Assembly (NCBI GenBank): GCA_964623775.1
Contig: CAZUVH010000001.1
Coordinates: forward strand, 155,745 to 219,744
Origin: an uncultured Candidatus Saccharibacteria bacterium
Lineage (GTDB): Bacteria > Patescibacteriota > Minisyncoccia > Phycocordibacterales > UBA2100
Direction of reading: 5' to 3'
DNA length: 64,000 nucleotides
Both the position numbers and the translations under genes were made by a program. Every line of letters starts with the position of its first letter. Positions within the stretch are counted from its first letter, which is position 1. Shown one piece after another: positions 10,158 to 19,115 of the stretch. Under the pieces are notes generated by a model that did no database searches, was not told where the DNA came from, and saw only the letters and a list, made by a program, of their open reading frames with translations.

Positions 10158-11611
10158 AGAAGGCTCTATATCTCACAACGACGCTCCCGTACGTAAATGC
10201 CGACCCTCATATCGGATTTGCGCTCGAGATCATGCAAGCTGATATCATCGCACGTTATCGCAAGCTCGCTGGCGATCAGGTGTTTTTCAATACCGGCACG
10301 GACGAACATGGGCAAAAAATCTACGAGGCGGCCCAAAAGGCGGGAAAGGCGACACAAGAATATGTAGACGAGTACGCGGCGAAGTTCCGACTACTCAAAG
10401 AAAGGCTCAATCTTGATCCTGCACTGCATTTCATCCGCACCACTGATCCGCACCACATGAGCGCGGCGCAGGAGATCTGGCGAAGGTGTTTTGCAAAAGG
10501 TGATATCGAAAAACGCACATACAAAGGCCTGTACTGCGTCGGAGACGAAGCGTTTATGAAAGAGTCCGATCTTGTCGACGGCCGTTGCCCGAATCATCCC
10601 AATATGGCACTCGTCGAACTCGAGGAAGAAAATTATTTCTTCCTGCTCAGCAAGTATCAAAAACCGCTGCTTGAGTATCTCTCCCGCGACGGTGTGATCG
10701 TCCCTGAATGGCGCCGCCAGGAAGCAATCAATTTTGTCCAAAAGGGCCTTGAAGACTTCTCGATCTCACGCGTGAAAGAGAAGATGCCCTGGGGTATTCC
10801 CGTGCCGGGAGATGACTCACAGGTGATGTACGTGTGGTTTGATGCGCTCACCAACTACATTTCCACGCTCGGCTGGCCGGAGGAGTCAGAGGGGGGCACC
10901 TTTGATACCTTCTGGACGAAGGGCGAGGTGATGCAGGTGGCGGGCAAGGATCAGGTGCGCTTTCAGTCGATCATGTGGCAGGCGATGCTCATGTCGGCGG
11001 GCGTAAAAAATACAGACAAGATTCTCTACCATGGCTTTATCACGAGCGGGGGGCAGAAGATGAGTAAGTCGCTCGGCAATGTGATCGATCCTATGACTAT
11101 TGTCGATGAGTACGGCATCGACGCGCTACGTTACTTCCTCGCGCTTCACATCCACCCGTTTGAAGACTCTGATTTCACCATGGAGCGTTTCAAAGAAGCA
11201 CACAATGCTGATCTTACGAATGGACTAGGTAATCTGGTGGCGAGAATTATGCGACTTGCAGAAACCCACCTTGATGGCGGCTTAAATAGCGATCAAATCT
11301 CAGAATCCCAATGGAAAGATATTCTACCTGAACACTACACCCAGGCTCTAGAGAGTTTTGATCTCAGTAAAGCCATGCGTGACTTACAGTTGAACATGAA
11401 GACATTAGACGAGTTTATCAACGATACGGAACCATTTAAGCAAGTTAAGACGAACCCTGATGCAGGCAAGGCAAACATTAAGTTGCTCCGAGAAGGCTTG
11501 TTCAGCATTGCTTACAGGCTGAAACCCTTTGTACCAAAGACGTCAGAAGTTATTCTCGAGGCCATTAACGCGAACAAAAAGCCGGAGAATCTTTTTCCTC
11601 GCAAAACATAA
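10154..11611 (+). CDS. metG: methionyl-tRNA synthetase
   Basis: LPYVNADPHIGFA (HIGH region) and KMSKSLGN. ATGA overlap with the upstream gene. The 3' third is markedly AT-richer. Confidence 0.85.
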   Translation: MKKALYLTTTLPYVNADPHIGFALEIMQADIIARYRKLAGDQVFFNTGTDEHGQKIYEAAQKAGKATQEYVDEYAAKFRLLKERLNLDPALHFIRTTDPHHMSAAQEIWRRCFAKGDIEKRTYKGLYCVGDEAFMKESDLVDGRCPNHPNMALVELEEENYFFLLSKYQKPLLEYLSRDGVIVPEWRRQEAINFVQKGLEDFSISRVKEKMPWGIPVPGDDSQVMYVWFDALTNYISTLGWPEESEGGTFDTFWTKGEVMQVAGKDQVRFQSIMWQAMLMSAGVKNTDKILYHGFITSGGQKMSKSLGNVIDPMTIVDEYGIDALRYFLALHIHPFEDSDFTMERFKEAHNADLTNGLGNLVARIMRLAETHLDGGLNSDQISESQWKDILPEHYTQALESFDLSKAMRDLQLNMKTLDEFINDTEPFKQVKTNPDAGKANIKLLREGLFSIAYRLKPFVPKTSEVILEAINANKKPENLFPRKT

Positions 11612-11612
11612 T

Positions 11613-12236
11613 ATGAAAGGCATGGAGAGTGTAAGCGCACCCGAGAAAACAAAAGAAATCGGCGTAATTTCACCAGAGAAACCAGTCGAGTATCTCAAGG
11701 ACTTGTTTAATAAAACCCCTAACTTTTTATACACTGCAGCGGACATTCCTTCCGAAGAGGAGCGTGTGGCAAAGCAGGCGGAAGTACAAAAACATCGAGA
11801 GAGACTTGAAGCAGCATTACCGCATCTTCCAGAAATTGGTCGCGATTATGCGAATTTACTCCGTGCATTCTGCGATAAGTTGCAATTAAATCCGGGGAAG
11901 ATCAAAGTATATCTTGTCGGTGGTCGCGTGTATGGAAAATCTCTTGTCGAGACGAGCGACTTCGACCTCGTATTAACCGTTGAAAATCCCAGCCAAGGCT
12001 TACAGGCGACCCCCGCAGACTCTTCGACAGTCGCCTCGGCGAAGAGGGCACAGTACAAAGACTGGTCGAAGGGGTCCTTGGACATCGGCCGTAAATATAA
12101 ACTCAACGATGATGTAGATGGTCGTGAATCAAGTCTTCTTGAGCCCAAAGGGTTGGGATTGCAGACAGATAAGGAGTTTACAGCTGCAAATGCAGACACT
12201 CATGAACGTAAAGCCGTTTTAATTTACTCAGAGTAG
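11613..12236 (+). CDS. Pol-beta-superfamily nucleotidyltransferase-like protein
   Basis: GG(R)-x12-DFDL fits the hG[GS]..DxD minimal nucleotidyltransferase signature. Low-GC segment. Confidence 0.45.
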   Translation: MKGMESVSAPEKTKEIGVISPEKPVEYLKDLFNKTPNFLYTAADIPSEEERVAKQAEVQKHRERLEAALPHLPEIGRDYANLLRAFCDKLQLNPGKIKVYLVGGRVYGKSLVETSDFDLVLTVENPSQGLQATPADSSTVASAKRAQYKDWSKGSLDIGRKYKLNDDVDGRESSLLEPKGLGLQTDKEFTAANADTHERKAVLIYSE

Positions 12237-12328
12237 CGCCGAGAAACGTGCCTTCAGGCAAGGAGAAGTTTGCAAATCTACTCATAATGTGGAGAATGGC
12301 TGAGGAAAAGATCTAGAGGAGTGCTGAA

Positions 12329-12670
12329 ATGCCGGAAAATGTAGAGCCTTTCCGTTTTTCGATCTTGCCTCGCATGTTGCCGAGCGAGCATGACAAACTC
12401 AGGGCGTATTTGAGGACAGGCCCCGCTGCTGCGCAGAAAGTCGCCGCCACAATCGGCGCTTTCCTGCAGTCATACACTCATACAAATACTGCAGAGGAAG
12501 GTCTCGTTTTCTGTCTCGCTGTTCGTCTGGATATGTGCGATCTCTGGGAATACATAACCCCCCAGGACCTGCTCTCAGGGCTCGATCCGCAGCCTCTTCC
12601 AGGGATACGCGATGCATTCCTGGGTACGGGAGCATGGGCGAAGGGGCGCCCGAGTAACGTTTGTGCATAA
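12329..12670 (+). CDS. hypothetical protein
   Basis: GAGGAG sits 8 nt upstream of the ATG. A GC-rich hairpin follows the stop. Confidence 0.35.
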   Translation: MPENVEPFRFSILPRMLPSEHDKLRAYLRTGPAAAQKVAATIGAFLQSYTHTNTAEEGLVFCLAVRLDMCDLWEYITPQDLLSGLDPQPLPGIRDAFLGTGAWAKGRPSNVCA

Positions 12671-12734
12671 CATAAGGGCGCGGCCGGCAGGTTGCGCCCT
12701 CTGCTATAGTTAAGTTCCAAAAGCACGCGTTTGT

Positions 12735-13328
12735 ATGAAAAACGTAATCGGGAAACTTGAGAAGAATGTGCAGGGCATCCTTGCTCGTGAATCGACCGGG
12801 CACGACTGGTATCACATCGATCAAGTGCGCAAAATGGCACTGCGGATCGCTGAAAAAGAAGGCGGCGATGCGCTTGTTGTCGAGATAGCCGCACTCGCAC
12901 ACGATGTTGGCGATCACAAGCTACACGGCTCAAAAGAAGTGGGACGGAAAATAACGTGCCGCGTGCTTGAAGTGGCTGGTCTGGAGAGGAAGATGTTTGA
13001 TGATGTTATGCATATCATCGACACGATGTCGTTCTCGGGCGGCAAAGTACCAGACTCGCTTGAAGGGAAGATCGTCCAGGACGCAGATCGCTTGTACGCG
13101 CTTGGCGCGATCGGCATTGCGCGAGCGTTTGCATACGGTGGTCACAAGGGGCGCCCAATCCATGATCCTAAGGGGAAGGGAGCGACGATCGACCATTTCT
13201 ATGAGAAGCTCCTCCTTCTGCAAGACAAAATGAATACAAAGACGGGCCGAAAGATTGCCCGAAGCAGACATGATTATATGGAAAAATTCTTGAAGCGGTT
13301 TTATGCCGAGTGGAACGCAGAAGATTGA
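12735..13328 (+). CDS. HD-domain phosphohydrolase
   Basis: H..H, HD and D metal ligands in the spacing of the HD superfamily (HDWYH ... AALAHDVGD ... QDADRL). Confidence 0.7.
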   Translation: MKNVIGKLEKNVQGILARESTGHDWYHIDQVRKMALRIAEKEGGDALVVEIAALAHDVGDHKLHGSKEVGRKITCRVLEVAGLERKMFDDVMHIIDTMSFSGGKVPDSLEGKIVQDADRLYALGAIGIARAFAYGGHKGRPIHDPKGKGATIDHFYEKLLLLQDKMNTKTGRKIARSRHDYMEKFLKRFYAEWNAED

Positions 13329-13386
13329 TTTTTCTCGCAAGGAGTAATGTCGCATGCTATTCTCCTCAAAGATTTAGGAGGCGAAA

Positions 13387-13674
13387 ATGGGTCACTTTTG
13401 GCTTGGCGACGATGTGCTTGATCGATATGTCCTTTTCGTGCTCCGCGGAATAAATGACGGCACCTGCGTGCAGGTGACTCGGCGCGTGAGACGCATACTC
13501 ACGGCGCCCGACATGAATGGACGTGCCCTGGTTTTGTCGAACCAGATTAAGCCGGATAATGAAGATGTGTGGTGCTCGCTCCAGCGAGCTGTGGTGCGCA
13601 AGTGTGCAGAAAAGTTCTTTTGTTCGATAAGACAAGATATTAGATACAAAGCTCTGCCGCTCACGCGGCAGTAA
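13387..13674 (+). CDS. hypothetical small protein
   Basis: AGGAGG sits 6 nt upstream of the ATG. Confidence 0.3.
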   Translation: MGHFWLGDDVLDRYVLFVLRGINDGTCVQVTRRVRRILTAPDMNGRALVLSNQIKPDNEDVWCSLQRAVVRKCAEKFFCSIRQDIRYKALPLTRQ

Positions 13675-13730
13675 AAGGCAGGATGATCTCCTGCTTTTTC
13701 TATTGGCGGTGTTTGATAGGATGTACCTAC

Positions 13731-14540
13731 ATGAAATATTTTGACGCCCATACACACGTGAATTTCGTCGCATACAAAGACGATTGCGAGGCGACGATAC
13801 GGCGCGCCAAGGATGCCGAAGTGGGAATGAATGTGGTCGGTACGCAGTTTGATACATCAAAGGATGCGGTGGCGCTTGCCGAGAAATACGACAACGTGTA
13901 CGCGACGATCGGTCTCCATCCGATACATACATCGAAGTCGTATCATGATCAAAAAGAGCTCGGCGAGGGCGGCAAAGAATTCACGTCGCGCGGAGAAGAT
14001 TTCGACATGTCCGCATATAGAGAGTTGGGACAAAGCCCGCGCGTCATCGCAGTAGGGGAATGCGGCCTCGATTATTATCGCGTCGACAAAAGCACGAAAG
14101 ACATTCAGGTGGAAGCGTTCGTAGAGCAGATTGAGCTCGCTAACGAATTAGGGAAGCCATTGATGCTTCACATCCGCAATGCATACGACGACGCGCTCGA
14201 GGTCATCAAGGCACATGCCAAGGTGCGCGGCGATGTGCATTTCTTTGCCGGCGACTGGAATACAGCCAAGAAATTCCTTGATATCGGCTTCACACTCTCA
14301 TTTACGGGCGTCATCACCTTTACGCACGATTACGACGACGTGATCAAAAACGCCCCGCTCGGCATGCTCCTTTCCGAGACCGATGCGCCCTATGTGACTC
14401 CCGTGCCGTACCGTGGCAAGCGCAATGAACCGGCCTATGTGACACAGGTCGTGCGCCAGGTAGCCCTGATCCGGGGAGAGGATGAAGAGACAGTGCGATC
14501 CCAGATCATCAAGAACGCAAACCGGGTCTTTGGAGTGTAG
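13731..14540 (+). CDS. tatD: TatD-family metal-dependent deoxyribonuclease
   Basis: FDAHTHVNF, GLHP, VGECGLDYYR, ETDAPY. Confidence 0.8.
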   Translation: MKYFDAHTHVNFVAYKDDCEATIRRAKDAEVGMNVVGTQFDTSKDAVALAEKYDNVYATIGLHPIHTSKSYHDQKELGEGGKEFTSRGEDFDMSAYRELGQSPRVIAVGECGLDYYRVDKSTKDIQVEAFVEQIELANELGKPLMLHIRNAYDDALEVIKAHAKVRGDVHFFAGDWNTAKKFLDIGFTLSFTGVITFTHDYDDVIKNAPLGMLLSETDAPYVTPVPYRGKRNEPAYVTQVVRQVALIRGEDEETVRSQIIKNANRVFGV

Positions 14541-14602
14541 GGGATTTGAGGCCTCATATTTTGTTGCGATAGCCCCGGGGCTATGTTAAAGTGCCCCCAC
14601 AT

Positions 14603-15115
14603 ATGGCAGAGCATGCAGTTTTAGAAACAACCGAAAACGAAGCCGCTGAGGCGGTTATTCGCATTTACGAGGTCGGCTACCATCTGGCGCCGACGATCAA
14701 GGAGGAGGATGTTGAGGGTGTCGTAGGGGGTATTCGCTCCGTTATCGAAAAGGCGGGCGGTTCCTTTATTGCCGAGGGCGCCCCTACACTTACGCGTCTC
14801 GCATTCACAATTTCAAAACAGGAGAAAGGTAAGCGCGTAGATTACGATCGAGGCTATTTCGGCTGGATCAAATTCGAAGCTTCGATCGATACCGTCGACA
14901 AACTTGAGGCAGCATTGAAGCGCAGTGCCGATCTTGTACGCTTTATCGTCTTCCAGACCGTCCGCGAAGATACGCGCGCCAAGATCAAGGCTCCGACACT
15001 TCGCGATGTGAAGCGCACCGATGTCATCAAGTCTGCTACTCGTGCCGAGGAAACCTCTGCACCTGTATCTGAAGAAGACCTCGACAAGGCTCTCAAGGAT
15101 CTCACCGAAGAATAA
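14603..15115 (+). CDS. rpsF: 30S ribosomal protein S6
   Basis: The S6 fold signature YEVGYHL..P....E.. together with rpsF-ssb-rpsR synteny. Confidence 0.8.
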   Translation: MAEHAVLETTENEAAEAVIRIYEVGYHLAPTIKEEDVEGVVGGIRSVIEKAGGSFIAEGAPTLTRLAFTISKQEKGKRVDYDRGYFGWIKFEASIDTVDKLEAALKRSADLVRFIVFQTVREDTRAKIKAPTLRDVKRTDVIKSATRAEETSAPVSEEDLDKALKDLTEE

Positions 15116-15120
15116 GACGT

Positions 15121-15570
15121 ATGTATCTCAACAAGGCAATGATTTTCGGCAACATCACGCGCGATCCCGAGCTTCGCGCATTGCCTTCAGGTATGAATGT
15201 CTGCAGCTTCTCTGTCGCGACCAATCGCGTCTACAAAGATCGTGACGGCAAGAAGCAGGAGCAGACCGATTTTCATAACATTGTTGTCTTTGGCCGTCAG
15301 GCAGACACCGTAAATCAGTACCTCAAGAAGGGTAGCTCAGTCTTCGTAGAAGGCCGCATCCAGACCCGCAGTTGGGAGGGAAAAGACGGCGAGAAGAAAT
15401 ACCGCACCGAGATCGTCGCTGACCGTGTCCAATTCGGACCTCGTAGTGGCGGTGGGGGAGGTGGCGGAGGGAAACGCGCAGATGAGCCCGATCATCACGA
15501 GGAGTCATCCCCAAGCTCGGGCATCGATTATCCGAAAGATGACATTAATCCAGACGACATTCCGTTCTAA
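15121..15570 (+). CDS. ssb: single-stranded DNA-binding protein
   Basis: OB fold, Gly-rich linker and acidic C-terminal tail DDIPF. Confidence 0.88.
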   Translation: MYLNKAMIFGNITRDPELRALPSGMNVCSFSVATNRVYKDRDGKKQEQTDFHNIVVFGRQADTVNQYLKKGSSVFVEGRIQTRSWEGKDGEKKYRTEIVADRVQFGPRSGGGGGGGGKRADEPDHHEESSPSSGIDYPKDDINPDDIPF

Positions 15571-15594
15571 AGACTAAAGAAAAAAATAAAAAAT

Positions 15595-15792
15595 ATGTCC
15601 AACATTCTCACACAAAATGATATCCGACACGTCGATTACAAAGACGTAGATCTCTTGAAGCAATTCATCAATCCGCACGGCCGCATCGTATCGCGCCGCC
15701 GCTCCGGCCTCACGGCCAAGCAGCAGCGAGCGGTAGAAGCTGCCATCAAACGCGCGCGCTTCATGGCCCTCCTGCCTTTCATCCAGAAGTAA
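15595..15792 (+). CDS. rpsR: 30S ribosomal protein S18
   Basis: 65 aa with S18 signature [21 protein letters not shown]. Confidence 0.85.
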   Translation: MSNILTQNDIRHVDYKDVDLLKQFINPHGRIVSRRRSGLTAKQQRAVEAAIKRARFMALLPFIQK

Positions 15793-15806
15793 AAAGAAAC
15801 GCGAAG

Positions 15807-15834
15807 AAGCCCGGGACCTCCCGGGCTTTTTTGT
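15807..15834 (+). terminator. rho-independent terminator
   Basis: aagcccgggacctcccgggctt followed by tttttg. Confidence 0.7.
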
Positions 15835-15862
15835 TGAAACGCACGTTATAATTATTGAGCGT

Positions 15863-16435
15863 ATGTCCGTCCATCGTCACTATCCGCGCAATCGTATCCC
15901 CGTGCTTGAAACACTTGAGGCGTGGATCATCCTTGGTGGAGCGGTTTTAGCCATATGGCTCGCTTTCAATGAGCCGTTCGTGCACGATCTCGTCTCGCAG
16001 ACGGTAAAGCTCGGTTTTTTTGCGAGCTTTGTCATGGGTTTTTTCTTTACGTCTACACTCACGACAGTGCCGGCAATTGTCGCCATTATGGAAAGCGCAT
16101 CCCACATACCGGCATGGGAGCTTGCGATCGTCGGAGGGTTGGGCGCCGTCTGCGGGGATCTGTTGCTCTTTCGTTTTGTGCGCAGCCGTGTCGCCGAGCA
16201 CATATTGAGAGCGTGTACGAGCCCCGCACTCATGCGCCTTGGTCGGGCGGTCAGCAGGGGACCGCTCTGGTGGATCGTACCCGCCCTTGGTGCCATAGTC
16301 GTTGCGTCGCCGCTACCCGATGAACTAGGGATCATGATGATGGGCGTTTCGCACCTGCGACTCTATCAATTCATCCCGATTGTATTTTTTGCCAATGCAA
16401 GCGGTATTTTCCTCATCGCTCTCGCTGCGATGTAG
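15863..16435 (+). CDS. hypothetical membrane protein
   Basis: Four or five predicted TM helices. Confidence 0.45.
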   Translation: MSVHRHYPRNRIPVLETLEAWIILGGAVLAIWLAFNEPFVHDLVSQTVKLGFFASFVMGFFFTSTLTTVPAIVAIMESASHIPAWELAIVGGLGAVCGDLLLFRFVRSRVAEHILRACTSPALMRLGRAVSRGPLWWIVPALGAIVVASPLPDELGIMMMGVSHLRLYQFIPIVFFANASGIFLIALAAM

Positions 16436-16504
16436 GTATGTTGCATTGACCCGTCTATCACCCTAATGTAGCTTGTTGCAAGGGATCACAACAAGGAGGT
16501 CACG

Positions 16505-16864
16505 ATGTCAGCTGATCAAAGGTCGTTTCAAATGGAATTGGGCCGTTTGGTCGTGCTGGCCTTACGTACCAATCTCGACTTACTTTCCGCTCGGATCTAT
16601 CTGCAGCAAATTCCTGCGACGACGTGGGACTATTTGTTCGGCACCAGCGACATGTCGCCCGAATTTGAGAAGTCCGTCGAAAATCTCGGGAAGTCTTCAA
16701 AGCTTCTCGAAACAGAGTCGAAGAAATTCCTTTCAGAGATCGAGCAGAGCAAAATAGTATTGAACAGTGATTCCCGGACGCTGCTTCAAGAATTCGTGAA
16801 AATTCTAGTACAACTTCAAAAAGGTCTAGAAAATCTAGCGGCTGAGCATAAGGCCCTGCGCTGA
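16505..16864 (+). CDS. hypothetical protein (helical, coiled-coil-like)
   Basis: AAGGAGG sits 6 nt upstream. A TTGCAT-17-TAATGT promoter lies at about 16442. A terminator follows at 16873-16901. Confidence 0.5.
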   Translation: MSADQRSFQMELGRLVVLALRTNLDLLSARIYLQQIPATTWDYLFGTSDMSPEFEKSVENLGKSSKLLETESKKFLSEIEQSKIVLNSDSRTLLQEFVKILVQLQKGLENLAAEHKALR

Positions 16865-17160
16865 ATATTCAAGAGCCCCGAGTAATTCGGGGCTCTTTTA
16901 AGTACCAGAGAACCCCGCACGGGGTTCTTCAGCTTTGAGCAGCGATAGAGTGCGGGGGTGAATGGAACCGCTACGAACACACGACCGCAGGTCGTGGTTC
17001 GCCGGTCCCATGAGAACCCGACACCCCAAACAGCGAATGAACATTTGTCCGGATACACTAACTTTACGCACATGCGGAAAGATAATGTGGGTTCTCATGA
17101 GACCAAAGGAAACCCCGCAGGAACTGCGGGGAGGAGGTCATTGTTTTTTTGTAGGTATCT

Positions 17161-17727
17161 TTAAACGCGCTCGACGTATTCACCAGTCTCAGTATTGATT
17201 CGGATGACGTCACCCTGCTTTACAAACATCGGCACGTTGAGTGTCGCTCCGGTCTCGAGTTCAACGATCTTCGATCCGCCTTGCGCTGTGTTGCCGCGCA
17301 CATCCGGTGGAGCTTCCGTGACTTTGAGCTCGATCTTGATCGGAAGTTTTACACCGAAGATTTTTTCGTCAAAAGAGAGCGTCTCGACCTCGGTATTTGC
17401 TTTGAGGAATTTGCCTGACTCGCCGACCATTTCGTCGGCGATTGTGAAGCGTTTGGATTTGTCCTTCTGGTCATGGAAGACCCATTCATTCTTGCGCTCA
17501 TCATGGAATATAAAAACCGCCGGCTTTTTCACGATTTCAGCCTCAGTGAGCTTGTCGTTTTGCTGGAATGAGTGCTCGATGGAATTGCCTTTGATGAGAT
17601 GGCGCATCTTGGTCTGATTGACCGGACGGCGCTGTTGCTTCTGCATGATGTTATTCCATGTGCAGACATATGGTTCACCCTCGATAATGACCGCCACCCC
17701 TGGCTTTACCTCGTTGTAGTTCAACAT
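17161..17727 (-). CDS. efp: elongation factor P (non-canonical modification loop)
   Basis: 188 aa aligns with EF-P over three domains. The KPGKG loop is replaced by QKQQRRP. Confidence 0.72.
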   Translation of the reverse strand: MLNYNEVKPGVAVIIEGEPYVCTWNNIMQKQQRRPVNQTKMRHLIKGNSIEHSFQQNDKLTEAEIVKKPAVFIFHDERKNEWVFHDQKDKSKRFTIADEMVGESGKFLKANTEVETLSFDEKIFGVKLPIKIELKVTEAPPDVRGNTAQGGSKIVELETGATLNVPMFVKQGDVIRINTETGEYVERV

Positions 17728-17817
17728 AGTGAGCCGATTTTATGGGAAAAAACCACTTTTGTCCACCAGGTAAAAAAAGGTAGAGCCGGGCATATTACAT
17801 GCCCGGCCCAGATCTAC

Positions 17818-18255
17818 TCATTCAACTTCGAAGCAATAATCTCTCAATTTTGCGCGAGTAAATGCGTTCAGCGTTTTCTTGTTCGGTTCGTTTGTCCACT
17901 CGCAGCGCAAGCCATTTGGCAAATTGCCAGCGACTGGTTTCGAGTCGGTCATGAACAGGTGATACTCGGTCTCCTCACCACGATGGGAGAGGGACCGCTT
18001 CGACTTTTCACTGACCACATCGATTTCTTCAATGTTGTCGAGGTTGCCCACGATCCGATGAATTGCGTCCAGTGGTGTCTCAGTCGGCTTTCCGTCGGGG
18101 CCGACACGGATCACTTCCTGAGGGAAGTGCCAATGTCTTCCATCTTTTGTCGCGAGGAGCACCTCGCCCGGCTTCGTCGCAAAGAGGCAAGCGACTTCTC
18201 GCACTGCCTGCTTTTTTCCGAACAACCACTGTAGGATGAATTCTATTATCCGCAT
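17818..18255 (-). CDS. hypothetical protein
   Basis: AAGGAGG sits 9 nt upstream of ATG at 18255. The longer ORF up to 18399 lacks an RBS. Confidence 0.4.
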   Translation of the reverse strand: MRIIEFILQWLFGKKQAVREVACLFATKPGEVLLATKDGRHWHFPQEVIRVGPDGKPTETPLDAIHRIVGNLDNIEEIDVVSEKSKRSLSHRGEETEYHLFMTDSKPVAGNLPNGLRCEWTNEPNKKTLNAFTRAKLRDYCFEVE

Positions 18256-18376
18256 TCTTTCGGACCTCCTTTTCCCAGGTATAATTATAGCATACTTACA
18301 TACTAAGTCAAATATGCGTATTGTTGTCTGATGGAAATAGTGCTTAGATACGACCAGAAACCCGTGAGGAAACAAG

Positions 18377-18655
18377 ATGACCAAGGTCACCGATTTCAAG
18401 ACCTACCGAGACAAAAAATTGCGTGAAAAGCATGTGCCGCGACACTTCGGTCATCCGCCGCAGGCATCTCCGCAGAAGAGTAAAAAGGTGCTTATGCTTG
18501 CTGCGGCCGCTATGGTCGGTGTCGTAGCGTACCAGCTACACTTCGTAATCCTGCCGTATGTGTGTGCAATCGCATGCGTCGTTATTGTGGCCCGTTTGGC
18601 ACGTCCAACGGCCCACACAGCGGATAAGCCCGAACAGCCAGGGGGAGCTGCATGA
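18377..18655 (+). CDS. hypothetical small membrane protein
   Basis: GAGGAAA upstream. One TM helix. Confidence 0.3.
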   Translation: MTKVTDFKTYRDKKLREKHVPRHFGHPPQASPQKSKKVLMLAAAAMVGVVAYQLHFVILPYVCAIACVVIVARLARPTAHTADKPEQPGGAA

Positions 18656-18702
18656 GGCGATCGGCCCCTTAAAAGCCCCGCTTTCGCGAGGCTTTTTCTT
18701 TA

Positions 18703-19050
18703 TTATCCTATTTTATCGGCAACAACAAATAACCCAGAAGTAACCACCATGACAGACGCCACAATATATATTGTGATGAATATAAGAAGTATCCTGATAA
18801 ATCGGCTCGATGGTAGTACTGCACGCGCGGGAAACATGGGAGGCTGCTGTCCTCGCTCGATCTCTTCTAAGTCTACGGAGAAGTAATATTGCATAGCCCC
18901 AAGTACACCAAAAAAAGCACCAAACAACATCATTATTGCCAGTACGTACGGGTCGCGTACGCCGTAGTAGAAAAACACCTGCGTCAGGGATAGAAGACTG
19001 AACACAAGTATGAAAGCGCCAAGGCCAAGAAGTCGATGATATTTTTTCAT
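18703..19050 (-). CDS. hypothetical small membrane protein (AT-rich gene)
   Basis: Three TM helices. Low GC. Confidence 0.4.
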   Translation of the reverse strand: MKKYHRLLGLGAFILVFSLLSLTQVFFYYGVRDPYVLAIMMLFGAFFGVLGAMQYYFSVDLEEIERGQQPPMFPARAVLPSSRFIRILLIFITIYIVASVMVVTSGLFVVADKIG

Positions 19051-19115
19051 TAGGATAGGGGCACAATTTGCCGCTACCTCATTTTATCACTGCGTTCGGC
19101 GAGCTCTCTTCTCAC

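Noticed and set aside
12399-12933. - strand ORFs of 172 and 151 aa
   Set aside because: They are Arg-rich with an atypical composition. The + strand ORF 12329-12670 has a GAGGAG RBS. This remains uncertain.
13366-13932. 188-aa - strand ORF
   Set aside because: It overlaps the tatD start and the RBS-supported + strand ORF 13387-13674. Its composition is Arg/Ser-rich.
15400-15480. Poly-glycine run (GGGGGGGG) in ssb
   Set aside because: This is the normal flexible linker of SSB proteins and not a repeat element.
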